In this document: positions 1 to 12,116 of the stretch, in pieces | Layout: each line of letters opens with the position of its first letter | How positions within the stretch are numbered: position 1 is the first letter of the stretch | Origin: Methanomassiliicoccaceae archaeon | Lineage (GTDB): Archaea; Thermoplasmatota; Thermoplasmata; Methanomassiliicoccales; Methanomassiliicoccaceae | Length of the DNA stretch: 64,000 nt | Direction of reading: 5' to 3' | NCBI GenBank assembly: GCA_963728405.1 | Contig: CAVSJV010000017.1 | Coordinates: 160,001 to 224,000 of the forward strand | Notes under the pieces: model-generated | Seen by the model: the letters and a program-made list of their open reading frames with translations, nothing else | What the model was told of the DNA's origin: nothing | Database searches by the model: none | Position numbers and translations under genes: made by a program

Positions 1-17
1 ACCCTCACACCGGCCAT

Positions 18-1571
18 GTGGTCTCCTTCATCGACCTGGGAACGAACTCGGTCCGCATGCTGGTGGTTCGCCTCAATCCCAATTATTCCTACACCGTGAT
101 AAGCCAGGAAAAGGAGGTCGTCCGTCTGGGGGAGGACGAGTTCACCGACCAGACCCTCAGACGGGATGCCATGGACCGGGCGGTGCTGGTCTGCAAGAAG
201 TTCGCCGAGCTGTCCCGTACCTACGGGGCGGATGAGATCATCGCGGTCGCGACCTCGGCGGCCCGGGAAGCGACCAACCAGAGCGTGCTGGTAGACCGCA
301 TGAAGGACGAGGCCGGCCTGGACCTGGGGGTCATCTCGGGCATGGAAGAGGCCCGCCTCATCTACCTGGGCGTGAGCTCGGGTATCGACCTGGGGAGCAA
401 GACAGCGCTGTTCATCGACATCGGAGGAGGTAGCACTGAGCTAGTGGTCGGTGACCAAGACAACTACTCTTTCCTAGATAGTCTGAAGCTCGGAGCGATC
501 CGCATGACCACCATGTTCATCCCCGAAGGGCACAAGGGCCCGGTGGACGACGGTACATACAACAAGATGAAGCGACACGCCCGCGGGCTGGTGGTGCACA
601 CGGTCAAGACGGTGTCCAAGAGCAAGATCGACATGACCGTGGGCAGCTCGGGCTCGATCATGAGCCTGGCGGAGATGTGCACCCGGGCCTACAACGGCAA
701 GCCGGGTTTCCTTCGCCTCTCCCAGCTCAAGAAGATCACCACCATGCTGCGGTCCCTTCCGCTGGAGGCCCGCAAGGCGGTCCCGGGGATGAACCCAGAG
801 CGGGCGGACATCATCATCGGAGGAGCGGCGGTCCTGGAGACGCTGATGGAGGAGCTCAAGATCGAGGAGCTCGCCGTCAGCGACCGGGGGGCCCAGAACG
901 GCCTGCTGGTCGACTACCTATCGAGGATCGAGGGATACCCCCATGCCAAGAGGATGTCGGTCCGCGAGACGAGCGTGCTCCAGCTGGGCCGATCATGCAA
1001 CATCGACGAGCATCACGCCGAGACGGTGGTCAAGCTGGCCCTAGAGCTGTTCGACAGCGCCAAGACCATCGGGCTTCACGACCTCGGGAGGAAGGAGCGG
1101 GAGCTGTTGAAGTACGCCGCCTATCTCCACGATGTCGGGGACTTCATCTCCTTCACCAATCACCATGCTCATTCATACTACATCGTCAGGAACGCCGATC
1201 TGCTGGGGTTCGAGTCCAAGGAGATCGCCATGATGGCCGACCTGGTTCGGTATCACCGCAAGCGCCCACCCCGCCGCAAGGACCCTGAATTGGAGGACCT
1301 GGATGACCGGACGCAACAGAAGGTCATCACCATGGCGGCGTTCATGCGGCTGGCCGAGACGCTGGACCGCAGCCATGCTAACCTAGTAAGCTCGGTGGGA
1401 CTGCGTAAGAACGGCAAGGATGTTGTGCTAGAGGTCGCTGCCGACGCCGACGTATCGCTGGAGATATGGGGCGTGGAGGGGGACTGCAGAGCGTTCAAGC
1501 GCGCCTTCGACAAGGACCTCAAGATCGAGGTGAAGGACCCTAGCAACGGTTATGCCTCTGCCGCCCACTAA
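18..1571 (+). CDS. ppx: Ppx/GppA exopolyphosphatase with C-terminal HD domain (true start may lie upstream of the window)
   Basis: [31 protein letters not shown] motifs; LHDVG HD region; frame is open back to position 3. Confidence 0.92.
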   Translation: MVSFIDLGTNSVRMLVVRLNPNYSYTVISQEKEVVRLGEDEFTDQTLRRDAMDRAVLVCKKFAELSRTYGADEIIAVATSAAREATNQSVLVDRMKDEAGLDLGVISGMEEARLIYLGVSSGIDLGSKTALFIDIGGGSTELVVGDQDNYSFLDSLKLGAIRMTTMFIPEGHKGPVDDGTYNKMKRHARGLVVHTVKTVSKSKIDMTVGSSGSIMSLAEMCTRAYNGKPGFLRLSQLKKITTMLRSLPLEARKAVPGMNPERADIIIGGAAVLETLMEELKIEELAVSDRGAQNGLLVDYLSRIEGYPHAKRMSVRETSVLQLGRSCNIDEHHAETVVKLALELFDSAKTIGLHDLGRKERELLKYAAYLHDVGDFISFTNHHAHSYYIVRNADLLGFESKEIAMMADLVRYHRKRPPRRKDPELEDLDDRTQQKVITMAAFMRLAETLDRSHANLVSSVGLRKNGKDVVLEVAADADVSLEIWGVEGDCRAFKRAFDKDLKIEVKDPSNGYASAAH

Positions 1572-2036
1572 TGGAGAGCATGAACGGTCCGCTCCAGGAT
1601 TACAAGCAAAAGAGAGACTTCACTAGGACCCCTGAGCCCCCCGAGGGCGGCGAGCATGCCGAGCCGTTCTTCGTGGTGCAGGACCACCAAGCCTCCAGTC
1701 ACCATCATGACTTCAGATTGCTGCTGGACGGCGTGCTGAAGAGCTGGGCGGTGCCCAAGGGCGTCCCTGAGCAGCTCAAGGTAAAGCGGCTGGCGGTGCA
1801 GACCGAGGACCACCCCGTGGCCTATGGTTCGTTCGAAGGAGCGATCCCTCCCGGCGAATACGGAGCGGGGGAGGTCAATATCTTCGACCGAGGGGGCATT
1901 TGAGCTCCTCGACAGGGATGATAGCAAGATCGTCGTGCAGCTCAAGGGGTCCAAGCTCAAGGGCATCTACGCCCTGATCCGGTTCAAAGGACAAGGGAAC
2001 AAGTCAAAGAACTGGCTCATTATGAAAACCCACTGA
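1571..2036 (+). CDS. Stand-alone LigD-type DNA 3'-phosphoesterase (PE) domain protein; one extra G in the run at 1892-1896
   Basis: [55 protein letters not shown] motifs; ORFs 1571..1903 and 1824..2036 join as IFDRGAFELL. Confidence 0.88.
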
Positions 2037-2072
2037 AAAATAAAGGAAGGGGTTTGGTCTATAAAGTCGGGT

Positions 2073-2288
2073 CTAGCCCTTCTTCATGATCTTCATCCAG
2101 CCGCCGCTCTCAAAGACGCCAAGTCCCCTGGATTTGAGGGTCTTTTCGAAGTCATCCCACGGGATGATCTCAAGGCGGTCGTTGGACCCCTTAGTGAACT
2201 GGATACCATTCGTTCCCTTTACCCTACCGGGCTTCAGACCCTTCTTCTTTGCAATTTCCTTGGCCTTATCGACGTTAATTTGCTCCAT
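2073..2288 (-). CDS. Small basic hypothetical protein (71 aa)
   Basis: MEQINVDKAKEIAKKKGLKPGRVKGT...; GGAGGG RBS; TATA-like AT tract near 2362-2376; pyrimidine/T tract after the stop. Confidence 0.75.
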   Translation of the reverse strand: MEQINVDKAKEIAKKKGLKPGRVKGTNGIQFTKGSNDRLEIIPWDDFEKTLKSRGLGVFESGGWMKIMKKG

Positions 2289-2551
2289 GACCAATGATTT
2301 CCCTCCTGTGCTCTTTTGGGCTATGTTGGCCATACGACCCAGATAGTAATGGCCCAGTCGCATATATAATATTTATCCTATATTGTTGTTGAGCCAGTAT
2401 CCCGAACAAGCCCTCAAAACGCCCTTTTTGACGCTTTTTTAGGTAGAATCACAATAATGTCTGGCCCACATTATTATGAAAGCTGTAACCAAATTTTTGG
2501 TCGCCAATAGTTTTATTCAGGCCTCGTATACTTCTGGATTGGCTTGAGCAC

Positions 2552-3853
2552 ATGTCCTTGTTCGGTTCATCGGGTATCAGAGGGGTAATAGGTCAGGGAT
2601 TCACCCCTGAGCTAGCGGTCAGCATTGGGGAAGCGGTCGGCAACATGAACGGTAGGATCGTTCTGGGACGGGACACCCGGACCAGCGGGCCCATGGTGGT
2701 GCAAGCGCTTACCGCCGGGGCGACCTCGGTGGGGGCGGACATCCATGACGTCGGGATGGTTTCAACGCCAACCCTGGCAAGAGCGGCCGCGGAATTCGAT
2801 TGTGGCCTCATGGTCACTGCCTCCCACAACCCCTCCCAGTACAATGGGGTCAAGATGTGGAATCCCGACGGTTCTTCCTTTGACACCATCCAGATGAACG
2901 ATGTTGAGAACTGCATCATCAATCATTCCGCCGAGCCGAAGAGCTGGCGGCACGTGGGCTTGAGCTACCGCGCCGAAGGCGCGATGGAGGGCCATGTCAG
3001 TGCCATCCTCAGGTCGCTGGACTCGGCATCCTCCAAGGTGGTGCTGGACTGTGGCAACGGGGCCGCCTTCGAAGTGAGTCCCCGAGCATTGAGGGCCCTG
3101 GGCTGCCAGGTGACCACCTTGAACTGCCAGGCCGATGGATTCTTTCCAGGCCGGACCCCTGAGCCTACCGAGGACCAGCTCGCTGACCTCAAGGAGCTGG
3201 TGGTAAGTAAGGGAGCGGACGTGGGCATCGCCCATGATGGTGATGGGGACCGCATGGTGGCCGTTGACGATAGGGGGCGCTTCATCGACGGGGACCGCTT
3301 GATCGCGCTCTTCGCCACCTCGCTCCATGTCCGTGGCATCGTCGCCCCCATGGACGCGTCGATGGTCCTGGATGATATCGTGGACAAGGTCGTTCGCTGC
3401 AAGGTCGGGGATGTCTACGTGGCCGAGGCTCTGAAACAGAGCGGCCTGGAGTTCGGCGGGGAGCCTTCGGGCACCTATATCTTCCCGAAGGAGACGTTCT
3501 GCCCGGATGGCGTCTATGCCGGCGCGCTGCTGGCCAAGATAGCTACAGAACACACCCTGTCCGATATGATCGATGCGTTGCCATCCTATCCGGTTAAACG
3601 GGATTCTTACAAGTTCGAGGCCCGCCACCGCAATGAGGTGGAGAGCACCCTGGCCACCGCGTCGGAAGGGCTGGACTGCGATCGCCTGCTCACCATGGAT
3701 GGCTATCGGGCGGAGTACCCTGACGGATGGTTCCTGGTCCGCCTGTCCGGCACCGAGCCGAAGCTCCGGTTGACCGTTGAGGCGAGGGACCGGGAGGAGC
3801 TGAAGCGGCTCTCGGATATCGCGACGGACCTGATCGGGAGGTGCCTGAGATGA
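2552..3853 (+). CDS. glmM: Phosphoglucosamine mutase
   Basis: LFGSSGIRG, TASHNP phosphoserine loop, DGDGDR metal loop, GGEPSG, RLSGTEPKLR; overlaps the glmU start. Confidence 0.9.
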   Translation: MSLFGSSGIRGVIGQGFTPELAVSIGEAVGNMNGRIVLGRDTRTSGPMVVQALTAGATSVGADIHDVGMVSTPTLARAAAEFDCGLMVTASHNPSQYNGVKMWNPDGSSFDTIQMNDVENCIINHSAEPKSWRHVGLSYRAEGAMEGHVSAILRSLDSASSKVVLDCGNGAAFEVSPRALRALGCQVTTLNCQADGFFPGRTPEPTEDQLADLKELVVSKGADVGIAHDGDGDRMVAVDDRGRFIDGDRLIALFATSLHVRGIVAPMDASMVLDDIVDKVVRCKVGDVYVAEALKQSGLEFGGEPSGTYIFPKETFCPDGVYAGALLAKIATEHTLSDMIDALPSYPVKRDSYKFEARHRNEVESTLATASEGLDCDRLLTMDGYRAEYPDGWFLVRLSGTEPKLRLTVEARDREELKRLSDIATDLIGRCLR

Positions 3854-5077
3854 AGGCGCTCGTCCTAGCCGCAGGTGAGGGGACCAGGTTACGCCCCCTG
3901 ACCACGAACATCCCGAAGCCGTTATTGCTGGTGGCCGGCCAGCCGTTCATGTCCCACGTCCTGGAAGCCCTGTCCGCCCTGGACATCAAGGACATCTACA
4001 TCCTGGTCGGGTGGAAGGCCAACAAGATCAAGGAGTACTATGGGGACGGCTCCCGGTTAGGCCTGAGGATCAACTACCTGGAGCAGAAGGAGCGCATGGG
4101 CACGGCCCACGCCATCGGCTGCGCCGGGGGCTCCATCGACGAGCCGTTCGTTTGCGTTAACGGCGACGTGGTCATGTTCGAATCGGACCTCCGTAGGATG
4201 CTGGAACGGCACAAGGCGACCGGGAGCACGGTCATGGGCGCAGTGACCGTGCCGGACCCGGAAAGGTTCGGGGTCATCGAGGCCAATGAGGCCCGGCTCG
4301 ATCAAGATCCACGAGAAGCCAAAGGCGCCCCCTACCAATCTCATAAATGCCGGTGCGTTCGTCTTCAACCCGGAGATCTTCGAACGCATCAAGGCCACTC
4401 CCAAATCGGTGAGGGGGGAGTACGAGATCACCGACACCCTGAACGCTCTGGCCATCAACGGTGATGTGTACATCGAGCGCCTGAGCGAGGGGTGGATCGA
4501 CGTGGGCCGCCCCTGGGACCTGTTGCAGGCCAATGAGATACTCATGGCCCACCTCAAGCGCCGGATCGAGGGGACAGTGGAACAGGGAGCGACACTGAAG
4601 GGCGAGGTCGTAGTGGAGAAGGGCGCCCTGGTCCGCTCGGGTGCGTACATCGAGGGGCCGGTCTATATCTCGGAGGGTTGTGACGTCGGGCCGAACTGCT
4701 ATATCCGGCCGTCCACCTGCCTGGGCCCGGGGGTCAGGATCGGTGCCTCGGTGGAGGTGAAGAACTCCATTATCATGGCCAAGACCCACGTCCCCCACCA
4801 CAACTATTTGGGGGACAGCCTGGTAGGGGAGAGGTGCAACTTCGGGGCCGGTACCAAGGTCGCTAACCTCCGTTTCGATGACCGCACGGTGAAGGTCACA
4901 TTCAAGGGAGAGCTCATAGATTCCGGCCGCAGGAAGCTGGGAGTCATAATGGGTGACGATGTCAAGACCGGCATCAATGCTATGATCGACCCCGGGACCA
5001 TCATCTTCGAGAACTCCATCGTGGGGCCGGGAGCGATCGTCCGCGGCAACATAGGGCCGGGCAGCAAGATGCTCTAG
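3850..5077 (+). CDS. glmU: Bifunctional sugar-1-phosphate nucleotidylyltransferase/acetyltransferase; frameshift at ~4300
   Basis: LAAGEGTRLRPLT..PKP N-terminus; EKP, GEYEITD and hexapeptide repeats in the second frame; removing one base at ~4300 gives RLIKIHEKPK. Confidence 0.88.
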
Positions 5078-5454
5078 AGCACTTCCAGCTGCACGGTGTC
5101 ACCCTTGTAGTCATAGGCCCGCCAGCTCCGCATATCGTAGGGAAGGCAGGTGATGATGTGGGTGTTCCCGAAATTGCCGAACAGATGCAGGTCGGCGTCC
5201 GACGGCCGGTTGGAGGGTCCCGGATGCGAGTGCACCGTGCCGACCACGCTGAGGTCGATGGGGAGCATGTTCAGCTGCATGAACGCGGAGTGCTCGTTGG
5301 CATAGGAGCCAGGGAACAGCAATATCTCCGTTATCACGCCCTTTTCGGCCCGTAGAGCGGCCACGAACTCTTTCGGGTAGGAGCCTTTGGCCGCCTCGTT
5401 GACCATCTCGAGGACGTCCGCCTCGATCCCCCAGGTCTTGCGCTTCCCAGTCAT
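5074..5454 (-). CDS. JAB/MPN+ (JAMM, Mov34) metalloprotease
   Basis: PKE...VHSHPGPSNRPSDAD = E-x(n)-HSHx7Sx2D JAMM motif. Confidence 0.88.
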   Translation of the reverse strand: MTGKRKTWGIEADVLEMVNEAAKGSYPKEFVAALRAEKGVITEILLFPGSYANEHSAFMQLNMLPIDLSVVGTVHSHPGPSNRPSDADLHLFGNFGNTHIITCLPYDMRSWRAYDYKGDTVQLEVL

Positions 5455-6261
5455 GGCGAGCAGACCAGCTTCTCACGCATGCGCTTGTAGAAGCCCCTCT
5501 CGAAGCGCACGAACCGGCTCTTCTTCTCGGACAGACAGAACTCGGTCATCTCATCGCCGTCGAGGCTCCTCTCATGCTGTCCGTCGATCACGCACAGGCA
5601 GGGTTTCGGACGCGCCAGCTCCAGGCGCACCTTCGACGATGCCGGGATCACCAGCGGTCGGGTGGCGAACTTGAACGGTGCCATCGGAGCGATCACAAAG
5701 GCGTCGACCCGCGGGTCGATGATCGGCCCGCCCACGGCCATAGCATAGCAGGTGGAACCGGTCGGGGTGGCGACGATTATACCATCGGCCCGAACGTCCA
5801 TGGCCAGCTGATCGTCCACATAAACCTGGAAATGGCGGATCTTGGCGATGTGGGCTGTATGCACCGCCGCCTCATTGGTCGCGTCGTACAATCTCTGGCC
5901 GGCGACCCTGGTGGCCATCTTGATCCGCTCCTCGATGAAGAAGTCCTCGTTCAACAGCCGCTTGATGCCGGCCTTCAGCTCTGTATCCCCAGTGATCTCG
6001 GTCAGGAAGCCCAGCGCCCCGGCATTGATGCCGAAGATGGGGGCGGGGGTCCTTTGGAGCGAGCGCAGGATCGTGCCGTCTCCTCCGACCGTCACCAGGA
6101 CATCAATGTCCATGTCCTCGATGGCCATCCCCTCCTTGCCGAACAGACGGGCTATACCTGATTCCAGGACCACTTCCTGCCCCTTGAGCTGCGCTCAGGA
6201 CCTCCCTGCTCACCTTGATGGCCTCAGGTATCTCCGAGTTCGCCGTAATGCCCAGCCTCAT
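5451..6261 (-). CDS. nadK: NAD(+) kinase; frameshift at ~6193
   Basis: GGDGT, GINAGALGFL, NE, DGIIVATPTGSTCY, DGQ motifs; N-terminus MRLGITANSEIPEA from ATG 6261 in another frame. Confidence 0.88.
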
Positions 6262-7035
6262 AGCAGCATCTCCTTTACCCTGACGTCACCATAGGCAAGG
6301 AAGTTGCTCCTCGCCGCGAGGGTCGAACGGCATGTCCAGGATCTTTCCCTCCAGGTCAACGATCTCTCCGCCCGCCTCCCTTAGGATGAGCGCGCTGGCG
6401 GCTATGTCCACTACCCTTATGCCCTTCTCGAACGGCTCGGTGTTGAAGTAATAAGCGTCGAACCGTCCCTGCGCCACCAGGGACATCTCCAGCGAGGCGC
6501 AGCCCAGGGCCCGCACCCGGGCCGAGTGCTTGACCAGCTCGATCGTTCGAGGGTGAACGAACCGGCCCAGATCGAATAGCATGGCCGGTTCGGCGTTCTC
6601 GAACGTTCCTGACACGTGGATCTTGCGCCCGTTCAGGCTCGCTCCCCCGCCTCTCTGCGCCAGGTACAGATCATCGTTGACCAGGTCCAAGAGGACGGCG
6701 TGCTCGACCCCCAGGAGCGAGCCCCGGCCCGACCGCCAATGAGACGCTGTACATCGGCACACCCAGTACCGAGTTGTGGGTGCCGTCGATCGGATCGACC
6801 ACCAGCGTGTCCGGGTACCCCCGGTCCAACAGGCCGACCTCTTCGCTCAGGATGTAACCGGCAGGTCCATCTCCTTAACCTCTTCCAGGATGATGTCCTC
6901 GGCCACCTTGTCGATGCTCGAGGTAGGGGTGCCGTCGGCCCCTATGTACAGTTCCTTGCCCCGGTCGAAGTCCTCCGGCAGGGCTCGCACCGCGTCCCTC
7001 ACCAACATCGCGATCCGTTCCAGCTCCTGGCGCAT
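6258..7035 (-). CDS. suhB: Bifunctional inositol monophosphatase/fructose-1,6-bisphosphatase; several indels
   Basis: GADGTPTSSIDKVAE, SEE, IDP.DGT, RALGCASLE, DIAA..LILREAGG pieces spread over ORFs 6847..7326 and 6286..6762; stop overlaps the NAD kinase ATG (ATGA). Confidence 0.82.
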
Positions 7036-7134
7036 CGCTTGTGGTAACGCACCCCTCGTTTTAAAAAATATGCCCGGTAGAAACGGTTTTAACCAAGTCG
7101 TTACGTAGAATAGCCAGGAAGTCAGGTGGTTCGT

Positions 7135-7514
7135 ATGGCCGAGGAGTTCAGACCGCTCATATCTCCCATTGTGATGATCGACCACGACCGGGAGAAGTAC
7201 AAGATACAGGTAGAGTTGCCAGGGGTGAAAAAGGGCGACATCAATCTGGAGGTCTCCGAGAGCAGCTTCTGCATCCATGCCGAACGGGATGACGCGGCGA
7301 TCACCGGTTGCTACTTCCTCGCCCATCCGGTGAACGTGGAGGCGACCGACGCGGCCTTCGATGGCAGCATGCTCAACGTGGAGATCCCGTTCAAAGTGCC
7401 CATCAAGGGCAAAAGGATCGATGTCCGGGACGGGACCTTGGACATCGGGCAGCCGGACCCCGGAAGATCGAGCTCAGGGAAGGACGTGGGAGCACCCGCA
7501 TCGGGACCCAGTAG
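7135..7514 (+). CDS. Hsp20/alpha-crystallin small heat-shock protein; probable missing C near 7458-7461 (uncorrected frame runs to 7650)
   Basis: IQVELPGVKKGDINL and A.FDGSMLNVEIP alpha-crystallin pattern, KRIDV IXI-like motif. Confidence 0.8.
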
Positions 7515-7810
7515 CTTACCTGCTGCTGACCCGGGGGAGCGCCCCTCCGACCTCTGCCAGAACGCTGCGGACGCTGCCCGCAGAGCCTACTCCCAAGCTC
7601 GATATCTTGCTGCCGCCTTAGGAAGGCCCGATTTCACCAGCTCATGGTAGGGTCTATCCTCGGCCCGCCCCCGCTAATACCAATTTTCGCCATTGGACGG
7701 TCGACATGCGGACATCCAGAAGGCCACGTACCAACACTAAATAAAATGAGAATCAGTTTTGACCCCTCCTACCGCAGCTATTTATCCCTCAGTGCATTAT
7801 TTTCGTTCAG

Positions 7811-8473
7811 ATGAGCGAGCCCAGCATGCAGAGGACCAAGTTCGAGGGCGTCTTCACCGACGGGGAGCGATTATACACCAGGAACTCCGCTCCCGGCAAG
7901 ACCGTGTACGGGGAGAGGCTGGTCAACCACGATGGCGTCCAGTACCGGGAATGGGTCCCTACCCGCAGCAAGCTCGCCGCCTACATCAGGGCCGGAGGGA
8001 CGGTCTTCCCGTTCCGAGGGGACACTCGGGTCCTGTACCTGGGAGCGGCCAGCGGGACGACCGCCAGCCACATCGCGGACATCGTTACCGAGGGTGCGGT
8101 GTACTGCATAGAGTTCTCGCCCCGTTCCTTCCGGGACCTCGTCCCGGTGTGCGAGTCCAGGCCGAACATGGTGCCGTTCCTCGCGGACGCCACCAAGCCG
8201 CAGGAATATGCCTTCGGCGTGAGCGGCGTGGATGTGGTGTACCAGGACATCGCTCAGAAGGGGCAGGCCCAGATCTTCCTGAAGAACTACAAGGAGTTCT
8301 TGGCGAAGAGCGGGTTGCTGGTCATTAAGTCCCGCTCCGAGGATGTTGCCCAGGAGCCTACCCGCGTCTATGAAGGGGCGAGAAAGCAGCTACAGGCCGC
8401 CGGCCTGCAGGTGAAGGAAGTGGTCCAGCTAGATCCGATGGAAAAGGACCATGCTATGATAGCGGTGATTTGA
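7811..8473 (+). CDS. flpA: Fibrillarin-like rRNA/tRNA 2'-O-methyltransferase
   Basis: VYGE, YREW.P.RSKLAA, VLYLGAASGTTASH, YQDIAQ..Q motifs. Confidence 0.95.
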   Translation: MSEPSMQRTKFEGVFTDGERLYTRNSAPGKTVYGERLVNHDGVQYREWVPTRSKLAAYIRAGGTVFPFRGDTRVLYLGAASGTTASHIADIVTEGAVYCIEFSPRSFRDLVPVCESRPNMVPFLADATKPQEYAFGVSGVDVVYQDIAQKGQAQIFLKNYKEFLAKSGLLVIKSRSEDVAQEPTRVYEGARKQLQAAGLQVKEVVQLDPMEKDHAMIAVI

Positions 8474-8850
8474 CGATGAGATATGTTTACTGCATTGCGT
8501 TCCATGGCGAGGAGTTCGTCATGGTGTTCAACCCTCACAGAGAGGGCTGGGAGATGCCTGGCGGCAAGGTCGAGGAAGGAGAGAGCGATCTGGATGCCAT
8601 GAAGCGGGAGTTCCGCGAGGAGGTCGGCCACGATCTCACCACCACCTCCCACATGGAGCTGCTCGAAGGGACCGTGTACGCCGGCCGGATCGGGGACCGA
8701 GTGAGGGAGGGCGAGATGGATTGGTGCTCGTTCAACGAGCTGCCCGACCAGCTGTCCTTCCCCAAGGTGGAGTACCTCCCATTGATCGCCTGGGCCAGGA
8801 AGGAGCTGACCCAACGACGGGGCGATGATCGCGAGGCCGCACCCGCGTGA
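8470..8850 (+). CDS. NUDIX hydrolase
   Basis: Nudix box GGKVEEGESDLDAMKREFREEVG. Confidence 0.9.
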   Translation: MTMRYVYCIAFHGEEFVMVFNPHREGWEMPGGKVEEGESDLDAMKREFREEVGHDLTTTSHMELLEGTVYAGRIGDRVREGEMDWCSFNELPDQLSFPKVEYLPLIAWARKELTQRRGDDREAAPA

Positions 8851-8926
8851 ACATTAAATACTAGGATGGGAATTGGCTTAAACCTCGCCACCTAAACACT
8901 TACAGTTCACAATTTGGAGGATTATT

Positions 8927-9382
8927 ATGGCTCGTATGCACGCCAGGAGGAGGGGCAAGTCGAGGTCCCAGCGACCAATGATCAATGAGAACCCAGCGTG
9001 GGTGCCCCTCAGCAAGGAAGAGATTGAGAACCATATCACCAAGATGGGCAAGGACGGCGTAACTTCAGCCCGGATCGGACTGCTGCTCCGTGACCAGCAT
9101 GCCGTGCCCGATGTCAAGCTCGCCACCGGCAGGACCGTTCTGGACATCCTCAAGGAGAACAACCTTCAGCCGAAGCTCCCTGATGACCTGGTAGCGCTCA
9201 TGAGGACCGCCATCAGCCTGCAGGCCCACCTTATGGAGAACAAGAAGGACCTCGCCAACAAGAGGAACCTTCAGTTGGTGGAGTCCAAGATCCGCCGCAT
9301 CGTGAAGTACTACAAGCGCGAAGGCGCTGTCCCAGCAGACTGGCAGTACTCTATCGCCAACGCCGAACTCCTAATCGAGTGA
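8927..9382 (+). CDS. rps15: 30S ribosomal protein S15 (uS15/S13e)
   Basis: MARMHARRRGKSRS, IGLLLRDQH, LVESKIRR..KYYK. Confidence 0.97.
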   Translation: MARMHARRRGKSRSQRPMINENPAWVPLSKEEIENHITKMGKDGVTSARIGLLLRDQHAVPDVKLATGRTVLDILKENNLQPKLPDDLVALMRTAISLQAHLMENKKDLANKRNLQLVESKIRRIVKYYKREGAVPADWQYSIANAELLIE

Positions 9383-9388
9383 TGGCGC

Positions 9389-10750
9389 ATGGAACCAGGC
9401 ACTCCGCTGCCTGACAAACTCCTTTCCCGAATTTCTATTGCCAAGAACGAACTGGACCATTTTTCGGAGGTCCGGGTCGTCTCCCATTATGACGCTGACG
9501 GCATATCGTCAGCGGGCGTGATGTGCAATGCTCTGCTCCGCGCAGGCAAACACTTCCACGCCACCATGACCAAGAACCTCACCGAATCGCTGATCTCCGA
9601 GGTCTCGGGTGGATGCAAGCTCCTTATACTGAGCGATATGGGGTCCTCGTACCTCGAGCAGCTGGAAAAGCTCCCCTGCAAGGTCATCGTGCTCGATCAC
9701 CACTCTCCGTTGAAGGACTCGGAGAAGGTCGTGCACGTCAATCCCCACCTGGCCGGCATTGACGGGATGACCTCGGCATCAGCATCGGCGGTCTGCATGC
9801 TCCTGGCCGTGCACATGGACGAGCGTAACTGGGACCTGCTACCCATCGCCTTCGCCGGAATAGCCGGGGACCGCCAGGCGATTAGGGGCCTGTCCGGTCT
9901 GAACCAGTGGCTTTTCGAAGAGGGGCTGAAGCGCAATGTGGTGGAGGTCCGACCGGGCTCGATGTTGCCCGAGGGGGCGGTCCTTAGCGGACTGGTCGGC
10001 TCGACCGATCCATACGTGATCGGCGTCTCCGGTTCTCCGGAGGGAGCGCGGGGGCTACTGGCCGAGGCGGGCGTCCCCGAGGATGCCGACGCGGACCAGC
10101 TGGACGAGGGGAAGCGCATGAAGCTCTCGTCCCTGCTCGCCCTGAGGCTCACCGCTCAAGGCGCACCGGCCAGTACATTGGATGAGATCGTCCACGACCG
10201 CTATTATTTCCCCAGCTGGAAGATGAGTGCCGATGGCTTCGCAGGCCTCCTTAACGCGTGCGGCAGGTCCAACAATGAGGGCATAGGGCTATCCCTCACG
10301 CTGGGCGACAGGGGGGCGATGGAAAGGGCCAAGCTGCTCCGCCAAGAGTACGTGGACGAGGTCCAGGTCTCCCTGGCCAACGTCGTCGCCAAAGGTGTGA
10401 CCAGAGCACAGCATATCCAGTACTTCTACAACGACAACATCGGCCTATCCGGCATACTAAGCGGCGTCACCATGCAGTATTTTGGCGACCGCGACAAGGC
10501 CACCCTGGTGCTAGCTTCCACCGGCCAGGAGATCAAGGTCTCCTCCCGTGGGACGTTCGAGCTCATCGAGAAGGGCGTGGACCTCGCGGCAGCGCTACGG
10601 GAAAGCGCCCAGAAGGTCGGCGGCGTAGGGGGCGGCCATCGCATCGCTTCTGGGGCAACCGTGCCACTCGGTCGAGACCGCGAGTTCCTCGAACTTGTCG
10701 ATAAGATGGTCGGAGAGCAAAAGGCCCAGAAAAAAGATCTCTCGAAGTGA
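9389..10750 (+). CDS. DHH/DHHA1 RecJ-like phosphoesterase
   Basis: HYDADG, SDMG, LDHH, GGGH motifs; usual archaeal position after rps15. Confidence 0.9.
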   Translation: MEPGTPLPDKLLSRISIAKNELDHFSEVRVVSHYDADGISSAGVMCNALLRAGKHFHATMTKNLTESLISEVSGGCKLLILSDMGSSYLEQLEKLPCKVIVLDHHSPLKDSEKVVHVNPHLAGIDGMTSASASAVCMLLAVHMDERNWDLLPIAFAGIAGDRQAIRGLSGLNQWLFEEGLKRNVVEVRPGSMLPEGAVLSGLVGSTDPYVIGVSGSPEGARGLLAEAGVPEDADADQLDEGKRMKLSSLLALRLTAQGAPASTLDEIVHDRYYFPSWKMSADGFAGLLNACGRSNNEGIGLSLTLGDRGAMERAKLLRQEYVDEVQVSLANVVAKGVTRAQHIQYFYNDNIGLSGILSGVTMQYFGDRDKATLVLASTGQEIKVSSRGTFELIEKGVDLAAALRESAQKVGGVGGGHRIASGATVPLGRDREFLELVDKMVGEQKAQKKDLSK

Positions 10751-12001
<1,251 letters not shown>

Positions 12002-12116
12002 CCAAATCTCATCCCAATAATGGGAGTATGATTAATAGGTTTTCGTCAGCGTCGCTGTTCTCGCGGTCTACCTATCGGTTATATCCCAGCAATCCGATTC
12101 CATGGTGGATGGGAAA

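Noticed and set aside
5074-5454. JAB protein as part of a CBASS or ubiquitin-like defence operon
   Set aside because: Its neighbours are NAD kinase and IMPase, with no E1/E2, Ubl or cyclase gene
7600-7645. RNase P or SRP RNA-like phrase (GGTGAAATCGG...GCAGCAAG on the minus strand)
   Set aside because: It lacks the GAGGAAAGTCC and ACAGAA P4 elements and the SRP helix-8 GNRA motif, and the space is too short
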